Part shown: positions 6,581 through 15,698 of the stretch, piece after piece
Layout of the letters: each line of letters begins with the position of its first letter
Position numbering within the stretch: position 1 is the first letter of the stretch
IMG/VR virus record: IMGVR_UViG_3300027863_001337
Location: 1 to 41,425 of that record
Reading direction: 5' to 3' (one strand)
DNA: 41,425 nt
From: a virus
Lineage: Duplodnaviria > Caudoviricetes
The notes under the pieces: generated by a model
Database searches by the model: none
What the model was told of the DNA's origin: nothing
What the model saw: only the letters and a program-made list of their open reading frames with translations
Position numbers and translations under genes: made by a program

Positions 6581-7702
6581 ATGAAACTTACTTTGCAGAT
6601 AAAACTTTTGCCTGATGATACACAGTCTAAAAGCCTTATAGAAACTATTAAGGAATGTAATAAAGTTTGTAATATCATTTCTGATATTGCCTGGCAAAAT
6701 AAAACCTTTAATCAATTTAAACTTCATAATCTTGTTTATCATTCCATAAAAAAATCTTCTAAACTTTCTGCTCAAGCTCTTGTTAGATGTATTAGCAAGG
6801 TCGCTGATAGTTATAAACTTGATAAGAAAAAGAAACGAATTTTTAATCCTCTTGGAGCCATTACTTATGATGCCCGAATTCTTTCTTATAACATTGAAAA
6901 ACGAATTGTTTCTATTTGGTCTATTGATGGGAGATTGAAAATCCCTTTTATCTGCCATAATCCCAAATATCTTCCTTATATTAAAGGTGAAGCAGACCTT
7001 GTTTATAAGAAAGATAAATTTTATCTTTTTCAGACTGTAGAAGTTTCTGAAGAAGATGTTAAAGATGTTGAAGAATTTATAGGTGTAGATTTTGGTATAA
7101 CTGACATTGCCACACTGTCTGATGGAACAAAGTTTAGTTCTGAACAACTTAATAAGATTAGAGATAAATACTTTAAAGTGCGACGCTCTGTTCAACGCAA
7201 AGGCACGAAAGGAAGCAGAAAGCTTCTGAAACGGCTTAAAGGCAGAGAACAGAGATTTGCCACTATTACCAATCATACAATTAGCAAACGCATCGTAGAA
7301 AAAGCTAAAGCTGAAGGTAAAGGAATTGCTATTGAGGATTTGACCCACATTAGAGAAAGAACTACTGTAAGAAAGGCACAGAGGCGGAAACATCACTCTT
7401 GGGCTTTTAGGCAACTCCGTTTCTTTCTTGAATATAAGGCAAGGCTTGCTGGTATTCCTCTCGTTGTTGTTGACCCTAATTACACTTCTCAGATTTGTAG
7501 TGTATGTAAGACAATTGGTAATAGAAATGGCAAGCACTTTAGTTGTCCAAGCTGTGGCAATATTATTGATGCCGATGTTAATGCGGCTAAGAATATTGCC
7601 CAGTTGGGGGCTCTTTGTGGTAAACAGCCCCGAAAGGATGTGAATATGTTGAATTTTGTTTCGCATATTCCTCCTAAAGCTGACTGCTTTAGCTGTCAGT
7701 AG
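6581..7702 (+). CDS. tnpB: RNA-guided endonuclease TnpB
   Basis: RuvC GVDFG, IAIEDL, DADVNAAKNI; zinc finger CSVC...CPSC. Confidence 0.93.
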   Translation: MKLTLQIKLLPDDTQSKSLIETIKECNKVCNIISDIAWQNKTFNQFKLHNLVYHSIKKSSKLSAQALVRCISKVADSYKLDKKKKRIFNPLGAITYDARILSYNIEKRIVSIWSIDGRLKIPFICHNPKYLPYIKGEADLVYKKDKFYLFQTVEVSEEDVKDVEEFIGVDFGITDIATLSDGTKFSSEQLNKIRDKYFKVRRSVQRKGTKGSRKLLKRLKGREQRFATITNHTISKRIVEKAKAEGKGIAIEDLTHIRERTTVRKAQRRKHHSWAFRQLRFFLEYKARLAGIPLVVVDPNYTSQICSVCKTIGNRNGKHFSCPSCGNIIDADVNAAKNIAQLGALCGKQPRKDVNMLNFVSHIPPKADCFSCQ

Positions 7703-7703
7703 T

Positions 7704-8273
7704 TTACTTTCCTTTGGCTAATTTTTCTTCTCTTAAAATTCTCTTTCTCAATCTTTTTAAAATTGCATCCTTTCTTTTATAAAGGAACCAAGGCTTTCTT
7801 TTACCTACTAAAGAAAGCCATTCTTCTATAAACTTCTTCTCTTTGTCATTTGCCAGCTCTAACAAACTTTCAAACTCTTTCTGTGCGTCGTTTCCCTCTT
7901 TTCCTATGTCTTCAAGTCTACATCCTAAATCTAATGCACTTAGATTCTCTTCCTTCATCAAACCCTTATATTTCTTATAACAATACCTGTAAATTCTGGA
8001 GTTTAAATAAAAAGGCAAGAAGTTGTATTTAGGAAGTTTTTCTTTGCAAACAGTTTCACCTAAAACTACTACTGCGTCCTGATAAAGGTCTTCTATAGGA
8101 ACTTTATAAAAAGGCAATTTATAAGACATTTTAAGCACTATATACAACAACAACTTCTCGCCCCTCAAGAGAACCTCCCTAAAATTCTCCTGCGTTGGCG
8201 AGTTCTTATATTCTGCAATCGCCTCCCAAAAGTATTTTTCTCTTCTTAAAATAGTATCTAAACTTATCTTCAC
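7704..8273 (-). CDS. Sigma-factor-like protein (region 2-like)
   Basis: LLYIVLKM...PIEDLYQDAVVVL...FYLNSRI resembles sigma70 region 2; start uncertain. Confidence 0.5.
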   Translation of the reverse strand: MKISLDTILRREKYFWEAIAEYKNSPTQENFREVLLRGEKLLLYIVLKMSYKLPFYKVPIEDLYQDAVVVLGETVCKEKLPKYNFLPFYLNSRIYRYCYKKYKGLMKEENLSALDLGCRLEDIGKEGNDAQKEFESLLELANDKEKKFIEEWLSLVGKRKPWFLYKRKDAILKRLRKRILREEKLAKGK

Positions 8274-8332
8274 ACCACTTAATCATTTTTTTATCACCCC
8301 TCCTTTATGCCTTTTGAAAAGGAGAGTTTACT

Positions 8333-8354
8333 TTTTTGACACGCGTGTCAAAAA
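8333..8354. repeat. Perfect 22-bp palindrome with TGACAC-NN-GTGTCA core
   Basis: tttttgacacgcgtgtcaaaaa; the core recurs at 22365, 24119 and 32500. Confidence 0.85.
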
Positions 8355-8371
8355 TTGCCTGCCGACGCGTA

Positions 8372-10309
8372 TCACTTTTTTCTCTTCAAAAGCCCAATGA
8401 ACTTCTTTATGTCTTCAGCAGTTCCAACAATCTCTTTTCCTCCTATTTCTGCCCACCAAACTTTCTTTAAGAAATCACTTGTCTCTTCCCCTGACTTTAC
8501 TTTTTCTAAAATTGCTTTCATCTTATCCACATCCATTACTTTCTTAATTTCTTCACTTTCTACCTCTACTGCTTTTGCCACTGAGCCACATACTGCATCT
8601 GCAAGGTCCTTAGAGCCTTTTAAAACTACCTCTTTTACATTTCCGTCTTCTAAAAATACAACCTCTTGCACTTTATCCGGATGGTCTATTTTGCCCTGCT
8701 CTTTGTCCCATTCTAAATTACTTAACTCAAAATGCAAGTATGAATCTTTATACATAACCCATCTTTTCTCCAATACCAACTGCTTAAAGTCCATATAAGG
8801 CTTTGTAGTCCTGTCTACTGAGAAATACTCTGAGTTTATCCCTGCAACTTGTAAAATCTGTAAAGTGTCTGTTGAGGCTAACTTCAAATCGGAAGTAAAC
8901 AACTTTATGTTGAACCCTAAAGCCTTTAAATCTAAAACGAATTTCCTGATTTTAAAAAGTGGTAGTTCTTTTCCTTCCTTTGCAACTATCCGCATAACAA
9001 AGTCTGTCCTTACTATCGGTGCTTTCTGTTTCACAAAAGTCCCATCAGGCTTCTGAACATTTATCTCTTCCCACCTTTCTATTCCTGACATTGCTATACC
9101 TAAAGCGTCGTGAGATATCCCAACATCTAAATGTATATAGCGAGGAACTTCTTTTGGCAGAACAAGTTTACCTACATCCAGATACCAGATAAGTTCGTCT
9201 TCACTCTCTAAATCCAAGATTATCTCTGGCTTTGTTATTGGCGACTCTGTCTGCGGGTCATAACAAAGATTTAAAAACTTCTCTGAGGAAAACAATTTTG
9301 TCTTTCTAATATAACTTACATTTATCCCTGCAATGTCCCTTAAGCTTCCTATTATGTCTGTCTCAAAAGAAGTTCTATATTCCTCCGGAACTTCTATTAC
9401 TTTAAATCCCTGTTCCTCTGCCTTTTTTCTTTCGTCTTCATCTTTTAAAATTTTAGGTGAAGTATAAGCGTCTCCACAAGCAACTAAAAAAGTCTTTCCT
9501 GAAAATACACTTTTTGGCTGTGCCTTCCATAAAGGTATATCATAAACTAAAACATTCTTTGCACCTCTCATACTGGCTATATATGTTTCTAAAAAACTCA
9601 TCTCGTCTTGTTTTGAAGCACAGAGAAAAAGTTTTCCTAAAGACCTGCCTTTGACTACGAATCTGGACTCAAATCTACGAGCTGTTGCCTCATAGGCTTT
9701 TAAGACCTTAAACTTCTGCTTTTCAGATTCTGTTGGACTATCTACTTCATCCATCAATCCTCCAATTATATTATGTCCTATTACTCCAAAACCCCTGCTA
9801 TAAGGCGATGCTAAAAGATATTCAAATAAATCAAATCTAACTTCATTGCTGGCTAAAAAACCCCTTCTTCTAAACCAAGCACTCTTTCTTAAATAGCCCT
9901 GCATAATTTGAAACCCTCTTGATTCAGATAAGTTTTTAGTTAGGTTAAAAAAAGAAATTGCCATCTTTCCGCTCTCTGTTTTAGAAAAATACTGCCACGG
10001 GTTTTTTAAGCACAATACCCGATACATCACATACAACAAACCTATAACCGCAATGCTTGACTTACCTGTTCCAATAGCTCCTGTAAAAACTATCAAATAT
10101 CTATCGTTGTAATCAAATATCTCTCTTAAAACCTCTCTCCAAATCGGATAGATACCTCTTCCAAAGTTAGTTGAGCTTCCTAAATACTCTCTTTTCTCTA
10201 TAAATTCATCAATAGAAACAGGACGCTCCTGATAGTCCAACTCATAAGTGGCTAAAAGCAACTTTTCTATTCTTGCCTTATTTATTCTCTTGTTCTGGAC
10301 TTCGCTCAT
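8372..10309 (-). CDS. Terminase large subunit
   Basis: Walker A GAIGTGKS, Walker B GLMDE, nuclease YIHLDVG...DALG, KIDHP...SKDLADAV. Confidence 0.85.
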   Translation of the reverse strand: MSEVQNKRINKARIEKLLLATYELDYQERPVSIDEFIEKREYLGSSTNFGRGIYPIWREVLREIFDYNDRYLIVFTGAIGTGKSSIAVIGLLYVMYRVLCLKNPWQYFSKTESGKMAISFFNLTKNLSESRGFQIMQGYLRKSAWFRRRGFLASNEVRFDLFEYLLASPYSRGFGVIGHNIIGGLMDEVDSPTESEKQKFKVLKAYEATARRFESRFVVKGRSLGKLFLCASKQDEMSFLETYIASMRGAKNVLVYDIPLWKAQPKSVFSGKTFLVACGDAYTSPKILKDEDERKKAEEQGFKVIEVPEEYRTSFETDIIGSLRDIAGINVSYIRKTKLFSSEKFLNLCYDPQTESPITKPEIILDLESEDELIWYLDVGKLVLPKEVPRYIHLDVGISHDALGIAMSGIERWEEINVQKPDGTFVKQKAPIVRTDFVMRIVAKEGKELPLFKIRKFVLDLKALGFNIKLFTSDLKLASTDTLQILQVAGINSEYFSVDRTTKPYMDFKQLVLEKRWVMYKDSYLHFELSNLEWDKEQGKIDHPDKVQEVVFLEDGNVKEVVLKGSKDLADAVCGSVAKAVEVESEEIKKVMDVDKMKAILEKVKSGEETSDFLKKVWWAEIGGKEIVGTAEDIKKFIGLLKRKK

Positions 10310-10955
10310 TTTTTACCCAAGTCTCTAATCTCTTTATAACTTCCTCTCTGTCTACAGGCGACAAATCCTTAATTTCTTTAAACACTGCTTTTTCTTCCTC
10401 TGTTAATTCTTTAAGTCCTTCCTCCCCTAAATATAAAACATTCTGCACTTTCTTAATTAAAGGCTGTTGTTGTGTCTCTGCCGTATAACCCATCTTTGAA
10501 GCAAATTCTACCAATGCTTTGTCTTCTTCTCTTAACACTTCAAGTAGTTTAATCTTTAAAACAAGAACTCCTAATTTGTCTATTCTCTCTATCTCTTTTG
10601 AGACTTTACCACACTTTAAACAGATATATGTATCTTTATAACTACTTACTGGCATATGACAACATTTAGATACTAAACTCTGCTCTTTTCCCTCTAAATC
10701 CCTTAGCATCTCTTGAATATATGTGGTTCTCTGCTGGTAGCCTTCCATCAAAAATCTCATTAAAGTATTGCAGATTAAAAGTGAAACATTTCTTTCCTCA
10801 CTCTTCCTTAACTTCCTTAAAACTTTTTCTACAAATTCAAAACTTTCTCTGGTATCAGGCAAGTTAAGTTCTTTTACAATAGCATTGATATTTCCTCTAT
10901 GTTTAAAAGAAGCAATTTTTATCTTCTCTTTAAGTTTAAAAATCTCAATGTTCAT
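10278..10955 (-). CDS. Putative terminase small subunit
   Basis: Overlaps the start of the large subunit; helical with an HTH-like N-terminus; positional inference. Confidence 0.4.
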   Translation of the reverse strand: MNIEIFKLKEKIKIASFKHRGNINAIVKELNLPDTRESFEFVEKVLRKLRKSEERNVSLLICNTLMRFLMEGYQQRTTYIQEMLRDLEGKEQSLVSKCCHMPVSSYKDTYICLKCGKVSKEIERIDKLGVLVLKIKLLEVLREEDKALVEFASKMGYTAETQQQPLIKKVQNVLYLGEEGLKELTEEEKAVFKEIKDLSPVDREEVIKRLETWVKNERSPEQENK

Positions 10956-10964
10956 TTCTGTGTT

Positions 10965-11261
10965 TCATTCCCATTTTCCTTTCTCTACTGGAATATTATT
11001 CTGTCTATCCCATTCCATCAAAAACTTCTGAGCCTGTTCTATTGCCCAATTCTTATCTTCTCCAGAACATTTCTTCAATCGCCAATCCAGACATTTATTT
11101 CGCCACAATTTACATTCTTCCTTAAGAACAAAATTTTTAGGTATCTTAAGTTCAAATAAATGGTCAGCAGCCACGAACCACAAAGCACTATTTTTCTCTG
11201 CGTGTTTTAAAAATAATCCTATACAATATGTGAATCCTTTACCAAAATCACTCATTTTCAC
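10965..11261 (-). CDS. Hypothetical phage protein
   Basis: ORF in a tightly packed operon with SD. Confidence 0.7.
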   Translation of the reverse strand: MKMSDFGKGFTYCIGLFLKHAEKNSALWFVAADHLFELKIPKNFVLKEECKLWRNKCLDWRLKKCSGEDKNWAIEQAQKFLMEWDRQNNIPVEKGKWE

Positions 11262-11634
11262 CTCTCTTCATTCTTCTCACCTCTTTTGCCCCACCTATCA
11301 AAGCAAAAACCCTGATACTCTTAACATCAACATCTTTATCTTTTACAAGTCTTTTCACTTCCTTATATAACTCTCTTCTTGTTTTACAGAATATCACAGG
11401 GTCTTTCTTCTTGGCATAGAAAACACAATATCTTGCTTTTGCCGGACTTCCTTTTATCACTTCAATCTTATTGTCATCTGCATAAGTCCATCTTTGTCCA
11501 TCTCTACGATACTCCAACTCTTCATTTCCCCAAGTAGCAACAGGAACTACACCAGCAGTATATCTAACATTATTCCACCATCCTATACTATCAGCATTAA
11601 TCTCTGTCGTCCAATCATTTGTCCAAGTCCACAT
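11248..11634 (-). CDS. Hypothetical phage protein
   Basis: ORF with SD GGAGG. Confidence 0.7.
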   Translation of the reverse strand: MWTWTNDWTTEINADSIGWWNNVRYTAGVVPVATWGNEELEYRRDGQRWTYADDNKIEVIKGSPAKARYCVFYAKKKDPVIFCKTRRELYKEVKRLVKDKDVDVKSIRVFALIGGAKEVRRMKRGENE

Positions 11635-11673
11635 TCTTACACCCCCCTCCTTCTAATTCCATTCTTCGCATAT

Positions 11674-11988
11674 TTATCTCCCTCTCAAACCATAAATCTC
11701 CTTTAAATGTATTCTATAGTTTTTAACAGCCTTCTTATGCCTTTCTCTTTCATAATCCCAATGTCTATCTCTTTTATAATCATATTGCTTCTCTAACCTT
11801 TCAGGAAACAGAATAAACTGAATAGCTCTTCTGGTAACTTTATGCTCAAAAATTTTAGCAATTCTTCTAATAGAAACACCGTTTTGGTATAAAGACTTTA
11901 TTGTCTCTCTCTCCTCATCAGTTAATTTCCTTCTTCTGTCTAAATCCTTACCTACTCTCAAATTATTAGATTCAAACCAATAAGGCAT
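11674..11988 (-). CDS. Helix-turn-helix protein
   Basis: KLTDEERETIKSLYQNGVSIRRIAKIF. Confidence 0.65.
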   Translation of the reverse strand: MPYWFESNNLRVGKDLDRRRKLTDEERETIKSLYQNGVSIRRIAKIFEHKVTRRAIQFILFPERLEKQYDYKRDRHWDYERERHKKAVKNYRIHLKEIYGLRGR

Positions 11989-11997
11989 TTCTCTATC

Positions 11998-12207
11998 TCA
12001 CTTATCTTTTGCTTTTAACATTTTTAACCTTTCTTCATAAGATAGCCACTTTCCACATTCTGGACATTTAACACAAGGTGGCTTCATAGTGCCATCATCA
12101 AAATAATGAGCAACATTACAACACTCAAAAATAAAACTGCCTTTATACTCTCCAGTCATAACCTTCCGCATTACTTCGTGATTACAAACATCATTACTAT
12201 TCTCCAT
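11998..12207 (-). CDS. Small Cys-rich (zinc-ribbon-like) protein
   Basis: FECC...CPECG. Confidence 0.6.
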   Translation of the reverse strand: MENSNDVCNHEVMRKVMTGEYKGSFIFECCNVAHYFDDGTMKPPCVKCPECGKWLSYEERLKMLKAKDK

Positions 12208-12212
12208 TGCTA

Positions 12213-12623
12213 CTAATTCTCCTCAATCTTACATTTCACATCAACTGAACCCATATATCTAACTAAATATCTACTTCCATCTGGAGCTTCTACATCCATC
12301 CACCAAGGACAAGTCTTATCAAAAATTACTCTGTCTCCTACTCTAAAATTTACCGGGTGAAATTTTCCTTTCTTATCCCAATATCCCTTTCCTACTGCAA
12401 GAACAGTTCCTGTTTCTATTTCTGATTGCATATTTGCTTTTACTACTGGTGGCAAAACTAAACCATCTGGCAAGTCCTTAACAGGGTCTGGATATATAAA
12501 AACAATATCTCTTGTAGGTTTAAACGGAAAGTCTATGCCACCACACACTTTACATTTAAAAGGCGTATTGTTTTCAATTGCCCTTAATTCGTTTCCACAT
12601 ACTTCACACACTGACATCTTCAC
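12213..12623 (-). CDS. GroES/Cpn10-like co-chaperonin with N-terminal zinc ribbon
   Basis: FKPTRDIVFI...GLVLP...GTVLAVGKG...VGDRVIF; N-terminal CEVC...CKVC. Confidence 0.8.
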   Translation of the reverse strand: MKMSVCEVCGNELRAIENNTPFKCKVCGGIDFPFKPTRDIVFIYPDPVKDLPDGLVLPPVVKANMQSEIETGTVLAVGKGYWDKKGKFHPVNFRVGDRVIFDKTCPWWMDVEAPDGSRYLVRYMGSVDVKCKIEEN

Positions 12624-12762
12624 CTCCTGTTTCTCCTATTTCTTCCTCTTTCCCAAACAAAAAAGTAGCAATCATTATGCACCCTACAACTAACAAAATC
12701 AAAAATAAACCTGACAGAAAAAACCCCAACCCCCACATAAATCCATAAATAAAATTATGCAT
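12604..12762 (-). CDS. Small membrane protein (52 aa)
   Basis: SD GGAGG; MHNFIYGFMWGLGFFLSGLFLILLVVGCIMIATFLFG. Confidence 0.6.
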   Translation of the reverse strand: MHNFIYGFMWGLGFFLSGLFLILLVVGCIMIATFLFGKEEEIGETGGEDVSV

Positions 12763-12775
12763 TTTTACACCTCCT

Positions 12776-13195
12776 TCACAATCTCTCTATAACCTTCTTA
12801 ACTTCACTAAGACAATCATTCCAACCTTTCCTATCATCAAAATCAGAATAATCAAAAACTGTTGTTATCCCATTTTTTGGTAACGAATTACAAACAGACT
12901 TAACCCATTCTCCTGAAGCCTCTTTTTCTTTTGGCAACTTCTCCACTAATTCCTTTTTCCACATCTGCTTCATTTCTTCTTCAATACATTGCTCTATTTC
13001 CTGCAACTGTGTTTTTATAGCTTTAAGTCTTACATAAACCATATTTCTACAAATTGTCCAACCTACTTCATATGCCTCATCTTTTTCTTGTGAACCAAAT
13101 TCAGGCTTATTTAACAGACACAACTCTCTATCTTCTTCATTATTCCAGTTAATTGACTCTATCAAATTTTCAAAAACTTCTTTTATCTTACTCAT
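12776..13195 (-). CDS. Hypothetical protein with WKKELxEKLP...GWNxCL module
   Basis: C-terminal module shared with 13371-13637 and 13747-14340. Confidence 0.7.
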   Translation of the reverse strand: MSKIKEVFENLIESINWNNEEDRELCLLNKPEFGSQEKDEAYEVGWTICRNMVYVRLKAIKTQLQEIEQCIEEEMKQMWKKELVEKLPKEKEASGEWVKSVCNSLPKNGITTVFDYSDFDDRKGWNDCLSEVKKVIERL

Positions 13196-13207
13196 TACCT
13201 ACTCCTT

Positions 13208-13369
13208 TTAAATCCTTATTATCCTTTCCCCTCTACCCTCACACTCTTGACAGGGATTTCCATCTTTATCTTCCCCTGTCCCATCACAGAATTCACACTC
13301 CTCTAAAATCTCTGTATAATCTGCCACACTATTACCACTTCCGCTATATTTCCAGCGTTTTATTTCCAT
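13208..13369 (-). CDS. Mini protein with DnaJ-type zinc finger (53 aa)
   Basis: SD GGAGG; CEFCDGTG...CQECEGRG (two CxxCxGxG). Confidence 0.65.
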   Translation of the reverse strand: MEIKRWKYSGSGNSVADYTEILEECEFCDGTGEDKDGNPCQECEGRGERIIRI

Positions 13370-13370
13370 T

Positions 13371-13637
13371 TTACACCTCCTCTATAAGTTTTTTGATTTT
13401 AGAAAGGCAGCTATTCCAACCAGCATCCCATACCTCATCTCTAACGCCGTTAATCTCGTGGGCAAGATATCTTTCCGTTCTTTCCTTTGGCAACTTCTCT
13501 AACAATTCTTTTTTCCACGCTTCTTCTTTGGCGGAGATTTCAGATTCAATCTGGGCAACTAACTCTTCGGTAAATCCCTCTTTACCCGTTATTCCATATT
13601 TTGCTTCTAAACGCTGGATTATTTCTTTTAAATTCAT
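13371..13637 (-). CDS. Hypothetical protein with WKKELxEKLP...GWNxCL module
   Basis: Paralogous C-terminal module. Confidence 0.7.
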   Translation of the reverse strand: MNLKEIIQRLEAKYGITGKEGFTEELVAQIESEISAKEEAWKKELLEKLPKERTERYLAHEINGVRDEVWDAGWNSCLSKIKKLIEEV

Positions 13638-13746
13638 CTCTCACCTGCCTTTCTGTTATACTTGAAACAAAAGGTCCTCAAGAGAAATTTCTATCTCCGC
13701 TATATCACTTGTAGAAAGACCTAAAAATTTACCACTTATCTTCATT

Positions 13747-14340
13747 TCATATCTCCTTTACGATTTTTTTAATCTCATCAAAACAATTATTCCATCCTCT
13801 CCGCATTAAATCTCCGCTTACTCTATCAAGAGAAAATCCCATTTCGTTTTGAATAAGTTTGGCAAGTTTCTTCCAATCCTGCTTTGTTAAAGGAATAAAA
13901 ATATCTTCGGGATATGGATTGTTCGATAATTTTTCTAACAACTTCTTCTTCCATTCCTCCTTTTGAATCTCGGCTTTGACTATAGCTCTGACTACCCAAA
14001 CCAATGCTAAAAATACAGCATCTTTATCTCGTTCGTCTTTTGGTAATTTATTATAAGATACCAAATCCGGATGTGTTTTCAATACAGGGTCTCGCTTTTT
14101 TCCATACTTCCAACCCATCTTAAAATAACTTTCCATCCAAGAATTATGAGCTTCTTCTGGTGTTGGCAATTTTTCCATTGTTAAATACTGTCTAACAATA
14201 TCTATCATTTGCTTTCTAAATACCTCATCTCTTTCTGCCCATACTTCTGGAACTATACCTCTATTAGACCATATTGCCTCTAATCTTGTTGCCTCATAAA
14301 TAATTTCTGTTATCTTCTCTACATCCACTTCCTTCACCAT
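13747..14340 (-). CDS. RyR-domain protein
   Basis: AHNSWMESYFKMGWKYG...KTHPDLVSYNKLPKDERDKD. Confidence 0.8.
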   Translation of the reverse strand: MVKEVDVEKITEIIYEATRLEAIWSNRGIVPEVWAERDEVFRKQMIDIVRQYLTMEKLPTPEEAHNSWMESYFKMGWKYGKKRDPVLKTHPDLVSYNKLPKDERDKDAVFLALVWVVRAIVKAEIQKEEWKKKLLEKLSNNPYPEDIFIPLTKQDWKKLAKLIQNEMGFSLDRVSGDLMRRGWNNCFDEIKKIVKEI

Positions 14341-14346
14341 ATATAT

Positions 14347-14523
14347 CTAATCCTCTTCTTCAATTCTTAACCTTTTACTTCTAATAAATTCTGAAGTAGC
14401 CCCACATTTCGGACAATGCGCAACTATTTCAAATCTTTTTAACTCTTCGTTATCCTTAACATTTTCTATCTCAAGACTTACCTTACACTTTAGACAAATG
14501 TCATTACGCCTCAATCTAAACAT
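14347..14523 (-). CDS. Small zinc-ribbon protein (58 aa)
   Basis: CLKC...HCPKCG; start overlaps the upstream stop. Confidence 0.6.
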   Translation of the reverse strand: MFRLRRNDICLKCKVSLEIENVKDNEELKRFEIVAHCPKCGATSEFIRSKRLRIEEED

Positions 14524-14747
14524 TACAAATACCTTCCTTTATAATCCAATTTCTTAAACCTTCTCCAAATTGCAACTCTGCTTATCCCTAAAGGCTTAGA
14601 CAGTTGATTAGTCGGTATTCCTAATTTTTCTGCTTCATTAAATAACTTCCTTAATCTTAACTTTAAATTCTTCCATTCCAGATAAGTATAAACTATCTCT
14701 CCTAACATTTCTTTCTGTTTTTTAGTCAATTCTTTAGGTTTCCTCAT
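14523..14747 (-). CDS. Small HTH-like protein
   Basis: MRKPKE start directly after the resolvase stop; GIPTNQLSKPLGISRVAIWRR. Confidence 0.55.
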   Translation of the reverse strand: MRKPKELTKKQKEMLGEIVYTYLEWKNLKLRLRKLFNEAEKLGIPTNQLSKPLGISRVAIWRRFKKLDYKGRYL

Positions 14748-14748
14748 T

Positions 14749-15258
14749 CTATTTTCCCCTATTTTCCCACATTTGTCTAAACAAATATTCAGCAATCAAT
14801 AATCCATCTGCATCCTCAAAACCAATATAGTCAACATTCGGAAATATTCTCTTTGCAACTTCAAGTGACATTAACTTCAAATCTTTAATCTGAATCCTAC
14901 CAAACAACTCCTTCTGCCATCGTTTTGAATCTATATACAACAAAGGCAACCTCAACTTCTCTAAAACTATCAAGGTTGCCTCTAACGCTCTTAAAGCGGA
15001 CACTGAAGCCCTAAACCGCATAGGATTTACCATTGGTCTCTCTACCCCTACAATAGTCGCTTCCGGTTCATATTCTGCCAATAAATCTTCTAACTTATCT
15101 ACATCAATACGGTTTAAATATCTCTCTTTCTTGATATAGTCCAAACATCTTTTAACAGGCATTTTGCATAACTTTACTTCCTTCCTCAAATCTATCGTAA
15201 AAGTAATTATGCCTATACTACCTGAAACTCCGTTGTCAATCCCTATATAGTTTCTCAT
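14749..15258 (-). CDS. RuvC-like Holliday junction resolvase
   Basis: YIGIDNGVSG, VGVERP, DADGLLIAEY. Confidence 0.78.
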   Translation of the reverse strand: MRNYIGIDNGVSGSIGIITFTIDLRKEVKLCKMPVKRCLDYIKKERYLNRIDVDKLEDLLAEYEPEATIVGVERPMVNPMRFRASVSALRALEATLIVLEKLRLPLLYIDSKRWQKELFGRIQIKDLKLMSLEVAKRIFPNVDYIGFEDADGLLIAEYLFRQMWENRGK

Positions 15259-15271
15259 TTTTTTCTTTTAT

Positions 15272-15499
15272 TTATGCCCCACTGCTACCATAGACTTTTT
15301 TTTCTACCTTAAATAGCCCATCTCTTACCTCATTCAATCTTTTTATCCCACAATTTCTGCAATAAAACAAAGGCTTCGGTTCTCCTTCTATTATCTCTGC
15401 TATTACTTTTTCACCTTTGTCAATTCTATCTAAACATCCACTCTTTCCCTTGTTTATGCAATATATATCTTTTTTCATAACTACTATTGCTTTAAACAT
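15272..15499 (-). CDS. Hypothetical protein
   Basis: ORF in operon. Confidence 0.6.
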   Translation of the reverse strand: MFKAIVVMKKDIYCINKGKSGCLDRIDKGEKVIAEIIEGEPKPLFYCRNCGIKRLNEVRDGLFKVEKKVYGSSGA

Positions 15500-15698
15500 T
15501 TGTTTTCCTCCCTTTTATTAATTGAAAATTTTTTACTTTTTCAAGCGGTATATTCACATCCTCGAAATAAAATTTACCTTTTTTATATTTTATATCACTC
15601 TGCTCTAATAATTCCTGATGACGCCAACAAAAATGGCTAAACTTATTATAAGATGAAAGTATAGTATTACATCCCGGAAATGCACATTTCTTTTTCAT
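15492..15698 (-). CDS. Hypothetical Cys/His protein
   Basis: CAFPGC...FCWRH; ATGA overlap with the upstream gene. Confidence 0.6.
   Translation of the reverse strand: MKKKCAFPGCNTILSSYNKFSHFCWRHQELLEQSDIKYKKGKFYFEDVNIPLEKVKNFQLIKGRKTNV

Larger units (their letters stand above)
6471..7707 (+). mobile_element. IS200/IS605-family element with tnpB only (IS1341-like), target TCAT
   Basis: Left hairpin CCGCC..GGCGG starts at +20, with GAGA at +16..19 matching flanking TCAT. Right hairpin CTGAC..GTCAG is preceded by AAAG and the end is TTAC (7704-7707). Confidence 0.85.

Noticed and set aside
8206-8324. Strong SD and ATG at 8286, out of frame with the sigma-like gene, with an anti-SD stretch upstream
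   Set aside because: It gives only a 26-codon ORF; a regulatory uORF cannot be distinguished from chance or a sequencing error.
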